A model generated the notes under the pieces. That model was not told the origin of the DNA and ran no database searches. It saw only the letters and a program-made list of their open reading frames with translations. DNA of 64,000 bases from Octopus vulgaris. Lineage: Eukaryota. Shown piece by piece: positions 1 to 12,659 of this stretch (its first letter is position 1; each line of letters starts with the position of its first letter). The stretch spans positions 41,168,001 to 41,232,000 of the forward strand of contig OX597827.1 of assembly GCA_951406725.2 (NCBI GenBank), written 5' to 3'. Position numbers and translations under genes: made by a program.

Positions 1-269
1 TAAGATGACAATCCAATGCTTTACAATAAAAGCCTCTATAACGACTAAAAATACAGATCGAGCTAAGCAACGAGTCGCTATGTAGTTGTTGTTGTTGTTT
101 TATCACCTATGATCAAAGATGTTCCACCTACGACTATCCTTCCTTTTTCGTTTATCATGATTCAGCGTCCCCGCCTATCTTGTTTTTGAAGACGGTCGAT
201 GAAACCTGTGGGCGATGTAAAAAAAGAAAGTACAGTGAAGTTCTGGGGTCGATATAATCGATTCTCAGC

Positions 270-495
270 CCCACACAAAAGTTTACGGCTTTGTGCCAAG
301 TTGCTTAGCGGCATTTCTTTTGGTTCTTTACATTCTAAATTTAAATTCCGCCGGATCCTGCTTTGCTTTTCATCCTTTCGGGGTCAGTAATAAAAGTACC
401 TGTCGTGCCCCAGATCTGATGTAATCGACCTCTCCTCCCCTCAAAATCGTTGGTCTGGTGCCAACTTTAGAAATATATTATTATTATTATTATTA
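270..495 (+). mobile_element. tRNA-derived SINE, Meta-domain-like family (family B), diverged copy
   Basis: Contains ctttgcttttcatcctttcggggtcagtaataaaagtacc, matching the central domain of the intact copy at 52109-52337, and ends in a (tta)n tail. Confidence 0.75.
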
Positions 496-1719
496 CCGTA
501 CCGCCGTTGACTGGGTCTCTAAATTCACATGCGCCGTGTTCCTGGTAAATAACACACATTCATGCCCACAATAGCATTTCCTTGACTTTAGAACTTACGG
601 AGGAAAAACTGGCATTTTATATTTTTAATGGAAAAGCTAGCAAGTGAAGTGGACCGACCTTGTACTATATACAATAGTGCAGCCAACCTTCAAATACACT
701 TCGCCTACACTACTGTAGATATCGTGTAAGCAACCATCGATTGTTTCACTTTGTTATTATGTACAACAACTAAGACCAGTATTTTATAGAACATCACGGC
801 TGACCACTTCTGTATCGTCATCACGACAACAAAGCAATATATAAAAATAATTTAGTATTTTCGTCTCCTTGCAGTAAATTCACACTGAGTATTTAGTAAC
901 CCACCTCTCTTTAACACACGCATGATATTGTCCATTACAGATAATACATCGTGCCTCGAAGTTTTGTGTTAAAATCCTGATAATAATCACTAAACGATAA
1001 ATTTTTAGAAAGTTCTAACTTTTAACCCATAATGCGATGCGGGAACCTCTGTATAGTAACAAATCGTGTGTCCTCGATATTTTCAGGAGACGTTTAATCG
1101 TTTGGCATAAGCTGAGCAGGAAACGCCGAGTTACGATGTATTATCAATAATGGTCTATTTTATTCCACATGTATTACGTTTTCTAATTTTGCTCTTGTAA
1201 ACACCTATGACTTTGTATGTGTGTCTAGTTATGTTTATGGTGCAAAAAGTACTCTACAGCCGTTTAGAGCCTTCAACTTAATTAGAGCAAACTTAATTAT
1301 AGATTATATTGCTGTTTATCGCACGCACATATGTGTGTGTATTTATGTTCCTTTTCTGTTAGAATTTCAGTTTTCATTCTTTGTCTATCCCTTCCTCTTT
1401 ACAAATAATTATATACACAGGCACATATTAAATTATTTACTTACAAATACAGACTCTCTTTCACTTAGGGTGTGCTTACTTCTACTTCTTTCCTACGCTA
1501 TTTCTATTTAATTCAATACATCCAGCACTGTTTATACTGTCGGTTTTAAACATATGGTACTTTGTTTTATAAAATTCTTGTTGAAGTTTACCATATAAAT
1601 TATGTTCAACACATTTAGTTTCAGTACATATACGCACACATATTGAAAACAATACCGTTTTCTATTTTTCAACTTTTTTTTATTTGAGTACTTTCCATTT
1701 TGTTTTATTTTTGTTCTTT

Positions 1720-2200
1720 GGATTACGGTAAATTTCCGAGTTCCGTCTATGTTTCAGGCTCTTGGTTTTATCTTCTGGATATTATTTTAGTGTGCTGTTT
1801 TGGTTAGAATCATGGAACAAGTTGTTGTAGTTCGTTTATTTATAGTTAAACTCTTTGCTTTTTTTTATCTTTTTTCTTTTACTGATGCCGGCTGGTTTCT
1901 TTCAACACCCAAGGAAAAGTTTTGATGGTCGTAATGGTGTAAAGTTCGTTTCTAGAATGCCCTATGTTTATATTTCCGTTGTATTTTGACATTGATATAG
2001 CTGCCATGACCAGTCATTTAGTGTTCTGAGGATTGGATGTGAATAATCTATATAAGATGATTATCAGCTAATGTTTTTTTTACACGCACACACGCATGTT
2101 CCCAGTTTTGAGCGAATCCCTCTTTCATTTTCTCCCGACAAAGGAGTGCTAACTCAAAATATCGAAATATAAAGTGTATATTGTTCTGTCTTCTTTGTTC
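1720..2200 (-). pseudogene. Possible decayed Penelope-like retroelement C-terminus (GIY-YIG region)
   Basis: Frameshifted minus-strand translation gives K.NG..IGHS..RTLH..DHQ and IQKIKP, resembling the PLE GIY-YIG motifs YIGxTxRxLxxRxxEH and IxxxKPxLN. Heavily degraded. Confidence 0.35.
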
Positions 2201-2252
2201 CTGTTTTCACTCTATTTTTCTAAAACTGATTTGCCTTTGAGAATTTTTAAAC

Positions 2253-3038
2253 TTATACACATCAACGATTTCCGGTAATTTATGGTCCAACACCTTTAAT
2301 TCAGATAAATAAGGCAGGCAAAGTTGAAATTTTTTGGTTGCTTGTCTTGTTCTCTGCGTGACCACAGGTGGCGTTGTGTATACATACATTATTTATGCTG
2401 CATTTGTTAGTGATTGTACAAAAATTTTGAGAGATCCTCTATCTAGCTTAAAGTTAGCCTTATAGCTATGGCTACTACAGGCAAGAGAAATGAGAGTAGT
2501 GGTAGTGTCAAAACTAAAGCGCCAATCTATGACAGATAAAGTAGAACTCTTGAAATGAATAGACCTTGGTACTTTGTTACGTACATTTTGTGATATCTGT
2601 GCCATTGGTTCATCTACTGTTTATATTAAGAAGCCAAGGAACAAAATATTGAAGTTTTATGCAAATATTTATTCGAAAAAGTAAATGACTCAAAGAAAAC
2701 CTATAGAAGATGGTAAGAGTACTGATCATAGTTGAGTAATGATGGAATGGTTTCGACAGAGTCGAAGTGATGTAGTGGACTTACCAGGTGGCAAAATAAT
2801 GGAACAGGTTAAGTTGATTTATAAAGAACTCAAATTCGGACATGAGTGTGTTTATGGTGAAGGATGGCTTCAAAGTGTGATGAGAAAAGGGATCTGCAAA
2901 TCACTCATGGAAGGTGTATAATTAAGAGGTTAGGAGTGTGTTAAAGGATTATTATTTCGTAACCGTAGATGGTCCGGCAAAACAGACAATCCGTCAAGGT
3001 TTTGGAACCAAGGAAACCGGAAAATTGGTGGTGTACTT
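2253..3038 (+). mobile_element. Internally deleted Tigger/pogo DNA transposon with degenerate transposase N-terminus (HTH_psq plus CENP-B-type HTH)
   Basis: From ATG 2468: MATTGKRNESSGSVK, then (frameshift) MTDKVELLK*IDLGTLLRTFCDICAIGSSTVYIKKPRNKILKFYA, then MEWFRQSRSDVVDLPGGKIMEQVKLIYKELKFGHECVYGEGWLQ. Imperfect TIRs: tacacatcaacgatttccggtaatttatggtccaacacc (2256) versus the reverse complement of 2998-3035. Confidence 0.85.
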
Positions 3039-3230
3039 GTGTGTGTGTGTGTGTGAAGTAGGTATATATTCCGTTTTTGTATTTGGTTTGCACAATTCTT
3101 GATGTGAACTGTGTTGAAACATTTTGTGTATCGGAACGATCACTATTCTTTTATGAACACACGCACTGGTTAGATTTCACTTGTTTTCTTATTAGTTAAT
3201 TCGTTGACATTTAACCAATCAATCAGCTAG

Positions 3231-3750
3231 CCCTTTCGTCGCCATTCGCGACCTCATCAATGAGACGCTCTCTCTACAAGTCTGTTTCCGGTGTGTGTGT
3301 GTGTGTTTCAGTTATGTTAATTATCTGGTTTCATGCTGTGTAATGTGTTTGTGTTTTTACACTGGCTCTTTAATGTAAATGCATGGTTAGACGGTGGGAG
3401 AGTCTAGTGCTTGTATGACTAGATGAGACTATCTTGAATTTTATAAGTTGAATGTTTGCTTTATGAGTTTGTAAAATTACATTAGTCATTTAAAGTTTAT
3501 TCAGTGGATTGTATGTTGAAGGGATTTTGAAATTTCCGTGTTTTAGTAATGAATTATAAACGCTAGTTTATGATTGGCTGTTATTCACGCTGTTTGTTTT
3601 ACGAGTCTTTTCTGATGTGTTCTACTGTTTGTAATCTGTGTGCATTTGCAATACACTTTATTTGGTTGGCTCTTGTATTTATTGAATTTCTGTCGCCGTA
3701 TTGTTCTATAGTTTGAGCAACTTAATTATTTGAATATCCTTTTGCGACTT
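3231..3750 (-). mobile_element. Penelope-like retroelement 3' remnant (GIY-YIG) with degenerate hammerhead motif downstream
   Basis: Minus strand 3420-3376 reads SHTSTRLSHRLTMHL (PLE YIGxTxTTLSRRLTMHL-type motif), preceded by TNVI. Minus strand 3264-3231 reads ttgatga-ggtcgc-gaatg-gcgac-gaaa (hammerhead core with C3 to U change). Confidence 0.6.
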
Positions 3751-4363
3751 AAGTTTGTTTTATTATATAGCTTTGTTTTTGTACTGTTTCTTTTGTTCTC
3801 TATGCATGCATGCTCTGCCCGACCAGAGCTACGACCAAAAAGCATTCCATTTGACTGCTCAGTCTTTTACTAAGACACAATGTATCCACAACATAAGGGA
3901 AATTTAGTTGCTACTTTTAGTAAGCCAAGCGACCACCTATACGCTCTTTCGTTGGTTCATGCACATGCGCATGTTTGTTTGTTTGTGCGTGTGTGTCTAT
4001 ATGCGCGCGCGCACACACACACACAACGTGCTATTGTGTGCTGTGGATTTCGAATTAGAATTCTGTTTGGCACAGTTAATTTCCTCAGGTCATCGACATT
4101 TCAGGGTCTTCTTGACCTTATCATCTAAGTGAAAGAGCTAGTAATATGGTTTATTCTTATTTTAAACCCGTTTGGTCAATCAAATTAAAACCAGTGCTTA
4201 TTCTAAATCTGATGCTTGTTCTATCGGTCCCTTTTTTGCCGAAGTACTGAATTACAAGGATGTACAGAAGCCAGTACCGGTTGTCCAGCAATTCGCAAGA
4301 CACAAAGATACACATATGCGCGTCCATACATCTGCGTCAGTGTGAGTGTGTGTGGGTGGGTGT

Positions 4364-4710
4364 ATTCTTGTTTCAGTCATTTGTCTGTGGCTATGCTGGA
4401 GCTCTGCCTTAAACCCTAAAAAAAGGTTTTAGTCGAAGGAATCAACCTCAGGACTTATTCTTTGTCAGCCTAGTACTTATTTTATCGGTCTCTTTCGCCG
4501 AACCGTTAAGCTACGGAGGCATAAACACACCAGCCTCGGTTGTCAAGCGATGGCGAGGTGGGGGAGTGGTTCCGTAGTATAAAAGTTTATCAAATTCATT
4601 TTCATAGCTTTGGTCGACTTGGTGCTGTACTAGAACATACCCACTGCTGCTCAGTGGGACTGAACTTGAAATCAGTTAGTTACAAAGCGAACTTCTTATC
4701 CACACAGCCG
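4364..4710 (-). mobile_element. tRNA-derived CORE-type SINE (family A)
   Basis: Reverse complement of the 12191-12596 copy (tttcagtcatttg...ctatgctggagc...agtacttatt...gccgaaccg...gtgggactgaac...ccacacagcc). Confidence 0.85.
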
Positions 4711-5058
4711 TATGTATATGTAATGTATGTATGTATGTATGTATGTGTATGTATGTATGTGTATGTATGTATTGTGAAATCAAATGACTAGTGAACAAGA
4801 AATTATGCAATGGACTTCACTATATAATAAAATTCATTACGCAATTCCTTGTTCAAAACTTTACTCTGGAGCATATGTAAGGCCTAAGCGAAATACTGGT
4901 TTCAAATTTTGGTACGAGACCGGCAATTTCGAGGTGGGTGGAGGAGGTTAAGTCGATTACATCGACCTCAGAGTTCAACTGGTACTTATTTTATCGGCTT
5001 TGAAAGGGATGAAAAACATAGTTAAACCGGAAAAAATACCTACACACACACACACACA

Positions 5059-5899
5059 CAGAAGGTGCGGTTAATATATTGTCATCTAAATTAGGCAAAA
5101 ATTAAAATAACGCTGACATTTCATTTTAACAGATATATTTACTAAAATTTCATAAAAATACCTTGAAATACTAAAGAGTAAATTTATTCAATAAAATCGC
5201 CATTGTCTTCATCCACGACCTCCAAACGACTTCGGAATCTCCTGCAACACTCTGGACAGTCTCCTTGTTTAAGTTGGTGAATGCTGCCATAATACTTGCT
5301 GCCAGTTCATCTTCGGTGTTACAAGGAGTTTTGTTGTTCTCTCGCTTAACTGCGCCCCACACAATAATCAAAAGGGTTGCAGTTTGGGGAGTTAGGTGGC
5401 CAGATGTTAGAGGCAATGTGGTTGCAGAAATTGTCTGAAAGCCATGACTGGATTCTCCTACATGTGCGGCATGGTGCAGAGTCCTGTTGCAAGACATAGG
5501 GTTTTCCACCAACCACCCTCTTGACCTAGGACAGCACTACTTCCTCCAGGCACTTGATGTAGGCTTCCATGTTGAATCTGAGGCCGCGTGGGAAGATGAA
5601 TGGAGGTATAACATCGCCATTAGTAGTTGATTGGTTATTTGATTTTTGTCACTCTCGGTACATGTTTTGGGGACACGGCAAGCTTACGGTTGTTCTGTGT
5701 TCACCATCTGTTCGTATTGAAGCTTCCGGTGCGAATGCCAAGCAGCACAGCATGTCGTTTCCAAATTTCTGGCAGAGTGAATTGCGTCAGGGTGCTGTTT
5801 TTCTCACAGACGGTGCCCAACTGACCCGACTATACTGCGTAGTCGACAAAATCAAAAACAAACAATGCACATACAATGGTGACAATTTACCCATCACAC

Positions 5900-5902
<3 letters not shown>
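5059..5902 (-). mobile_element. Tc1/mariner DD37D (maT-type) transposon, internally deleted and frameshifted
   Basis: Minus strand GKPYVLQQDSAPCRTCRRIQSWLSDNFCNHIASNIWPPNSPNCNPFDY has 37 residues between the second and third catalytic D, followed by VWGAVKRENNKTPCNTEDEL. Imperfect TIRs ggtgcggttaatatattgtca / ggtgacaatttacccatcacacc, embedded in (CA)n/(TG)n. Confidence 0.9.
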
Positions 5903-5935
<33 letters not shown>

Positions 5936-6643
5936 CGCCCCCCCCCCACAGTCTGTGTTTGTCTACACCGGTCTGAAAGCCGTTTTGGTTTCTATTGTGT
6001 CCTGTTTGTCTCGTAACCTAGCATTTGGACAAACAACGATTAAATAACTACTGAAGTTTGTATGACCGATTAAACCACTGAAATTGGTATTCCATCATAA
6101 TACAATATCTGAAATCAGTATAATAGAAATAGTTGAAACAAGAGGATAAGTGACATGTTTAAAAGAACGTCTTTACCACTGTACACAAGTGTTTATATAT
6201 ATAATGTACTATTACCTGTTAGACTATTGGTGGGATCAACGCAAAAAAAAAAAAATGTACTGGATCCTCCAGTGAGACATAAATGTAATTTAACACACAC
6301 AGTTGTCCGGCCATCGTATTTTCAGAGGTATGAAACTAATGGTAGTTCAAATTTAAACCCTTTGTGTATTAAATCTCTCACTCTCTGTATCTGTCTGTCT
6401 GTCTCTCACACACAGACATTGCGTGTTGGTATGGATAATAATACGTTGATGGCGAAGCAAACATTTTCATTTTTCGATTTCATCTTGGATTTGTATGTGT
6501 ATATAAAAGAAAGAAAAGTCAGACAATCCTGTGTTACATATTCATTAAAGTTTTAAGCTAATACCCTATTTATTAAACTGTTCCTCGTCACCTTTACTGC
6601 AGATTGTATTTATAGCGCGCGCGCGTGTATATATATATATATG

Positions 6644-6779
6644 TTTCTTTATTGCCCTCAAGGGGCTAAACATAGAGGGGACAAACAAGGACAGACAAAC
6701 GGATTGACCCCAGTGCGTAACTGGTACTTAATTTATCGACCCCGAAAGGATGAAAGGCAAAGTCGACCTCGGCGGAATT
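6644..6779 (-). mobile_element. Family B (Meta-like) SINE, 5'-truncated
   Basis: Close reverse-complement match to the 3' half of 52109-52337 (ctggtacttaatttatcgaccccgaaaggatgaaaggcaaagtcgacctcggcggaatt). Confidence 0.85.
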
Positions 6780-6782
6780 ATA

Positions 6783-7160
6783 GGCGCAAGCGTGACTGTG
6801 TGGTAAGAAGCTTCCTTCCGAACCATATAGTTCTGATTTCAGTCCCACTGCGTGGCACTATAGCATCGAACCGACCAAAGCCTTTGTGAGTGGATTTGGT
6901 AGACGGAAACTGAAAGAAGCGCGCTAACGACGCGAGGAGGAGAGGCTAGTGAATAAATGAAAAGACCTAATGTCTATGTATATATTTGTGTGTCTGTGTT
7001 TGTCATCGCTTGGCAACAGATGTTGGTGTGTTTACGTCCTCGTAATCTAGCGGTTCGGCAAAAAGACACCGGTAGAATAAGTAATTGGCGTACAAAGAAT
7101 AATTTCTGGGATAGAATGAATGAAACAAGTTAAATGAATGAAACTAGTAAAAGAATAAGA
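6783..7160 (+). mobile_element. Family A CORE-type SINE
   Basis: Head ggcgcaagcgtgactgtgtggtaag, body gagtggatttggtagacggaaactgaaagaag, and tail gaaacaagt/aaaagaataa shared with other copies. Confidence 0.85.
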
Positions 7161-7899
7161 GAATTTATGTATATTGCAGGTGAAAGTTATCTAGCGCATT
7201 TCTTCCTGTCAGGTTGGCGCTTTAAATCTCTGCCATCTCGTTGCATTGTTTGACCCTCACCTCGTCCTTGTAGCTGTTCTCTCTGGTCACCATTTGTGTG
7301 TCTCTCTCTTTAAAACCACCTTTCACTTTTCCTTTTCAATGTTACATCCTTCTTCCCAACTTTTTCCCGTCTTCTCCGCTCCCTTTATTCTCACCAATAC
7401 ATCTCTTTCGCTCTTTTATTTTTCTTTTGACATAAGACACCTACCCCGAAATGTTAACCTTCTCTCTCTCTCTCTCTCTCTCTTTCCTTCATCTCGTACT
7501 CCTGCACAACACGTCTCCGCTTCTTCAGTTTTAGCTTATCATCAATCCTGGTGACAACATCCTACCTCCCACATTCTATCTTCACTTCCCGCCCGTCTTG
7601 TTTTTTTTTTCCTTTCCATTCTTCCAATATTCATCCATCCATCCTATTTCATTTTTCTTTTCCTTCAAACACACACCCGTACAATCTCTCCTTCCCAACC
7701 TCTCTGTGTATATCTTACTCCGTTACCCTGTCTCTTTCTTACCTTACTTTCCCTCCCAACTGCGCTTACTTTTCACTATTTTTTTCCTCTCCTCAAACCT
7801 TACAATACATGCTTAATAATAATAAAGCATGAACCTCTGTCCATTCTGCTCTTTACTTTTTTTTGTCTCCCTCACACCTCTTCCCTCCTTTTCTTCTCT

Positions 7900-8371
7900 T
7901 TTTAAGTCACTAAACATTGCCTCACGCCTTAGCTTAATCATTTACAACGGTTTTGAGTCGAACTTGGTGCGCAAACTCCTTTTATAAGAAGCTTGCTTTC
8001 TTATACTGTGGCAATATACATAACGCTATTGCATAAGATTGTATGCGCGCTAACGACGCACACGCGCGCAAGACATGAGGCTAGAGAATGAATGAAAAGT
8101 GACCTAATCTCTATGTTAATGATTAAGTAAAATAGATAGAATGGAAAGTATTTAAATATATATATATATATATATATTTTGTCATTAATTTGTAAATTAG
8201 GAATATTTGCCCATTCATTTCGTATCTGTGGTATCACTTGAATTGTCGCAGTTAAAGTAATTTATATCTTTGTTTGAAGCTGATGATTCACTCTGTTGAT
8301 AATCAGAGTTTCCTGCAGCGTGCGAACATTTAAGTGACAGACGTCAGAGCGCGCTACACACCCACCTACCC

Positions 8372-8409
<38 letters not shown>

Positions 8410-10300
8410 CACACCCATATATATGTATACACACACACACATATGTATCCATCCCACTCGGATTCTAACACGCATTTGTTACCTACTCTGCGTTTCGTGT
8501 ATATATTCGGATCGCTCGATAATTTTCTTTTCGCTCTCTCTCTGCCTGTCAGTCTGTCTGTCTGTCTCTGCCTATCTATTTCTCTCTGTCTCTGTCTGTC
8601 TGTCTCTGTCTCTCTCTCTCTCTCTCTCTGAACGAAGTAGTATTTCCTGCTGCAGGCAGAATGTCGAAGCCTAACTGACGTCATGCTTTATAATCATATA
8701 ATATAGTTGACATAATAATAGTAATATTATTAATAGTCTTGAGGGAAGAACAACAACAATAACACAAAGAATATAATAATAATAATAACAATAATAGCAC
8801 AAAAATGCAAGTCCTCCCCCCTTATTTAGATAGTTATTGATTAGATGAGATCGAAGTACAGAGAGACAGAAAGCAATATGTTAAAATAGGCATGGCTATA
8901 TGTGTGCGTGCGTTATATAATGACTCCGTCCCTAGGCTGTAGATAAGTTAATCGTTAAACATAGGTCAAAATGCCTTAGATTTACTTCCGTTCCTGAACG
9001 TTTTGAGCTCAAATTCCGCAGAGGTCACATTTGTCCCCCATCCTTCAAGAATCAAATAAATAAAGTATCGGTCGATTTTTTTGATCGTTTAAATACCGGA
9101 GGCGTCTTTCAGACTTTTTTTTCAAGAATGAGACCGGTTGAGAATTTCGGACGAATTCTCTTGGTGCTTGCTTTCGCTTCAAGGACAGTGGGAAAGCATA
9201 TAAACCACAACAGTCCAAATATGTCCCTGAGGAGCAGCAGGTCCATATGTTTATTAGATTTGATTGAAACACATAGTGAGGAAACTCATGCTACACATAA
9301 TTAAGGAATTATGTGACGCGTCTGTTATCGTACCTGACAGAATTGCAATATCTGTCTGTCCCTGATGTATCTGTCTACTCGTCCAACCATTTATCTGACT
9401 GTTGTATACAAAGGCACACATGACATATAGGACAAGATGGATCTGTGTGTGAGGAGAAATTTAAAAAATACACCTCCTTTACGAAGTAGCTCATAATGCG
9501 TTAGGCAAAGCGCCTCTGCCTCAAGACTCACCCTCCAGAAGAAAAAAAACCAACATACCTTGCTTAACGTGGATGGGGAATTCGTTTGCAGAAAGCATCT
9601 CGTATATACGTATAGTGGTAAAAAGCCCAGAAGTATATCAGTAAAAGCGTTGAGCAGCGGCGGTGGAATCGCCAGATCCGAAATTTCTGCATATTTGGGT
9701 ATCATTAATAGCAAGTGTCCACTTAGCAAATGCATGCTTACGCAAAAACCCTTGGTTGGGAAATGGCGGATATCCACTCACGAACAACGGCGTCCTTAGT
9801 ATTTCGAACGAACGTGATAATACTCACCAAAGCGACTATCTGACTTCCCACCATCCAAATTAGACGCTTTAATTTTACATATAAGAAAGGACATTTTATA
9901 TTTAGGCAGTCATTTAGAAGCATTGAGAAATGTGAAAATCAATCTCTTTTACGAAGTATTTCGAATGTGAATGCAGTAATAAAAGCTCATAATATATTGC
10001 GTAAAAAAAAAAAGGAAAAAAATTCAGGATTTTTATTTTCTTTTAGTCTGCGGGTTAGGGACAGTGTCCATGATATTTTAAGGGTTTCCGCGAAGGAGGA
10101 GAGAAGATACTTTGAAATCGGAAACTTGATTCCAGTGCTTGCAACAGAATGGATTCTGCTAAAGGCATTCAAGAGCCAGGTAGGGGCGTTAAATTGAGCA
10201 CCGGATTCTGCTTATCAATTTGCCGAGGGACGGGGTGAATACTGTGAAGTATTTTATCTGACTGCCTAACAGTTTTGCGAATTCGCACCCCCTACACACT
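7900..10300. promoter_or_regulatory. Largely non-repetitive, CpG-retaining region; candidate promoter / 5' end of a gene
   Basis: Many CG dinucleotides in unique sequence, a tgacgtca (CRE-like) site at about 8676, and splice-site-like motifs. It sits just before the switch to CpG-depleted DNA. No TSS evidence. Confidence 0.4.
10047..10179 (+). other. Candidate exon (133 nt)
   Basis: Strong acceptor ttttattttcttttag (ends 10046) and donor CAG|GTAGGG (10180). Reads either LRVRDSVHDILRVSAKEERRYFEIGNLIPVLATEWILLKAFKSQ or UTR plus ATG 10149 MDSAKGIQEP. No recognised protein family. Confidence 0.35.
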
Positions 10301-10336
10301 TGTGTGTTTCTGTGTGAGTGTATATATATGTGTATA

Positions 10337-10841
10337 CTACTCTTGAAGCCGCCTTTCGGGCGGCATTTTCCTTCGGTCGTGCGGAGGGCATTTTTGAGGC
10401 CTTCGACCACGCTTTGCGGCCCTCTACTCTTGTGTAATGAACCTTATTTCTACAAATGTGCTAAGCACTGATGCTAATCATAGTTTAATCAACAAGCGTA
10501 GGAGCGAGCTAAATGCAGTAAAAATAGGGGTTCAATGGGTGCCCCCATCTAAGCGGCCCTTCAGAAATTGAATATGGGAGTTCATGGTATGAAATTCATT
10601 ATCATTACTCTGATTTGGTCGCCAACGCCATGTATATAGTTCAAAATGCAGGAAAAATAGGTGGAGTCAGTAGGGCCCAAATTAGGTGGCCCTTAAAAAA
10701 ATGGACCCCTTAGGACATTCCCTGGGATTAGGGGAGTTGCTGGTTTGAGTTTCGTTGTCCTTGCACCAACGGTCTAGAAGAGCTAACGAACATAAAAACG
10801 TAACGGACAGAGAAGCATCACTCCAATTTATATTGAGAAGA
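10337..10841 (-). mobile_element. Non-autonomous Helitron
   Basis: Minus strand begins A|TCTTCTCAATATAAA and ends with the hairpin gccgcccgaaaggcggc, a short spacer and GTAG|T (variant of CTAG). No TSD, A/T junction, same layout as 41798-42183. Confidence 0.7.
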
Positions 10842-10969
10842 TATATATGTACATATATATCTGCACATATATACATACATACATACATACATATATGTAC
10901 ATATACACACATATATATATATACGCATATACACACACATATATATACACATATAAACATATATACATG

Positions 10970-11030
<61 letters not shown>

Positions 11031-11042
11031 CACACACATATA
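10842..11042. repeat. Compound (TA)n/(TACA)n/(CA)n microsatellite
   Basis: Directly visible. Representative of dozens of similar tracts (e.g. 8377-8630, 14945-15040, 23635-23690, 27640-27830, 34070-34330, 54380-54960, 63458-63500). Confidence 0.98.
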
Positions 11043-11394
11043 TCAAAAACAGAGACGACCATATTGGTAGATAGAACGCTATACTGGTAGAGATAGAACG
11101 CTGAGATCAATGAAATCAACTGTTTCATTTCAGAAATGTGAATATTTGCGTAGTGTGGGAGTGACGGGCGGATCCAATTCTTTCGCATCTGTCTATCTGT
11201 CCGTCTGTCTGTCTCTCTACCTATTTGTCAGTCTATAAATAAATATATACAATGTGTGTGTGTGTATGTGTGTGGATGGCTATACACAGACGCGTGCATA
11301 TACACATCTGTTTCTTCTCATTATAGCTTTCTCTTTGAAGATAAACATTTGTGCAGAAATTATAGATTTCTGTTGACTAGGCACACCTGGGGCC

Positions 11395-11431
<37 letters not shown>

Positions 11432-11568
11432 GCGTGCGTGTGTGTGTGTGTATGTGTGTGTGTGAGAGAGAGAGAGATAATGGGCTTTGTGACATTATTT
11501 TTTCGTACACCCTAACCTCTTTTCGAGTGCGAATCAAAATCAAATCTGCACGGATGGTGGGGGGAAAT

Positions 11569-11727
11569 ATAGGAGTGGCTGTGTTGTAAGTAGCTTGCTT
11601 ACCAACCACACTGTTCCGGGTTCAGTCCCACTGCTTGACACCTTGGGCAAGTGTCTTTTACTATAGCCTCGAGCCGACCAAAGCCTTGTGAGCGGAGTTG
11701 GTAGACGGAAACTGAAAAAAGCCCGTC

Positions 11728-11783
<56 letters not shown>

Positions 11784-11980
11784 CTGTGTTTGTCCTTCCA
11801 TCATCGCTTGACAACCGATGTTGGTGTGTTTACGTCCCCGTAACATAGCGGTTCGACAAAAGAGACCTATAAAATAAGTACTAGGCTTACAAAGAATAAG
11901 GCCTGGGGGGTCGATTTGTTCGATTGAAGGCGGTGCTCCAGCATGGCCGCAGTCAAATGACTGAGACGAATAAATGAATA
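11569..11980 (+). mobile_element. Family A CORE-type SINE, full length
   Basis: A-box-like tggctgtgttgtaag, B-box ggttcagtccc, CORE motif caccttgggcaagtgtc, internal (TA)n(TG)n, and tail ggtgctccagcatggccgcagtcaaatgactga. Confidence 0.92.
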
Positions 11981-12190
11981 TATATTGAATCTGTTAATCG
12001 ATAAATAATTTCAGAACAAGTTTGAATTTTACTTTTCAGTTTTAGGAGTGCGGTGGCACGGGGGTGAGGGGACAGGGGAATACACTCCTTAGCTTACCTT
12101 ATTTTTATATATTGTCCTCCAAGACTTGTTCCCATTATGAAAATTTCCCAGTTTTGCTAGGAAGTTATATTTAATAAAATAAAGAAAGTA

Positions 12191-12596
12191 GGTGCAGGAG
12201 TGGCTGTGTGGTAAGTAGCTTGCTAACCAACCACATAGTTCCGGGTTCAGTCCCACTGCGTGGCATCTTGGGCAAGTGTCTTCTGCTATAGCCTCGGGCC
12301 GACCAATGCCTTGTGAGTGGATTTGGTAGACGGAAACTGAAAGAAGCCTGTCGTATATATGTATATATATGTATGCATGTGTGTGTATGTGTTTGTGTGT
12401 CTGTGTTTGTCTCCCTAGCATTGCTTGACAACCGATGCTGGTGTGTTTACGCCCCCATCACTTAGCGGTTCGGCAAAAGATACCGATAGAATAAGTACTG
12501 GGCTTACAAAGAATAAGTCCCGGGGTTGATTTGCTCGACTAAAGGTGGTGCTCCAGCATGGCCGCAGTCAAATGACTGAAACAAGTAAAAGAGTAA
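12191..12596 (+). mobile_element. Family A CORE-type SINE, full length (resembles the octopus OR2 class)
   Basis: ggtgcaggagtggctgtgtggtaag...ccgggttcagtcccactgcgtggcatcttgggcaagtgtc...gactgaaacaagtaaaagagtaa; highly similar to 11569-11980. The cttgggcaagt motif is the MIR/CORE hallmark. Confidence 0.92.
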
Positions 12597-12659
12597 TAAT
12601 GACAGAAAAAAAAACGAGAATAAATTCTAATAGAAATAAATTTATGTGTGTGTGTTATC

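Noticed and set aside
850-1160. Possible Penelope RT remnant on the minus strand (RP-I / AKRLN / GIAMG-like words)
   Set aside because: It requires several assumed frameshifts and is too weak to call without a profile search.
10348-10370. GC hairpin plus T-run resembling a bacterial intrinsic terminator
   Set aside because: The context is eukaryotic, and it is better explained as the 3' hairpin of the minus-strand Helitron at 10337-10841.
10682-11090. Multiple overlapping ORFs rich in CV/HT/YI (also near 15 kb, 34 kb and 54 kb)
   Set aside because: These are translations of dinucleotide microsatellites that lack stop codons, not genes.
12191-12260. tRNA gene calls at SINE heads (also 25651 and 52109)
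   Set aside because: A/B boxes are present but there is no complete cloverleaf, and each continues into a SINE body and tail.
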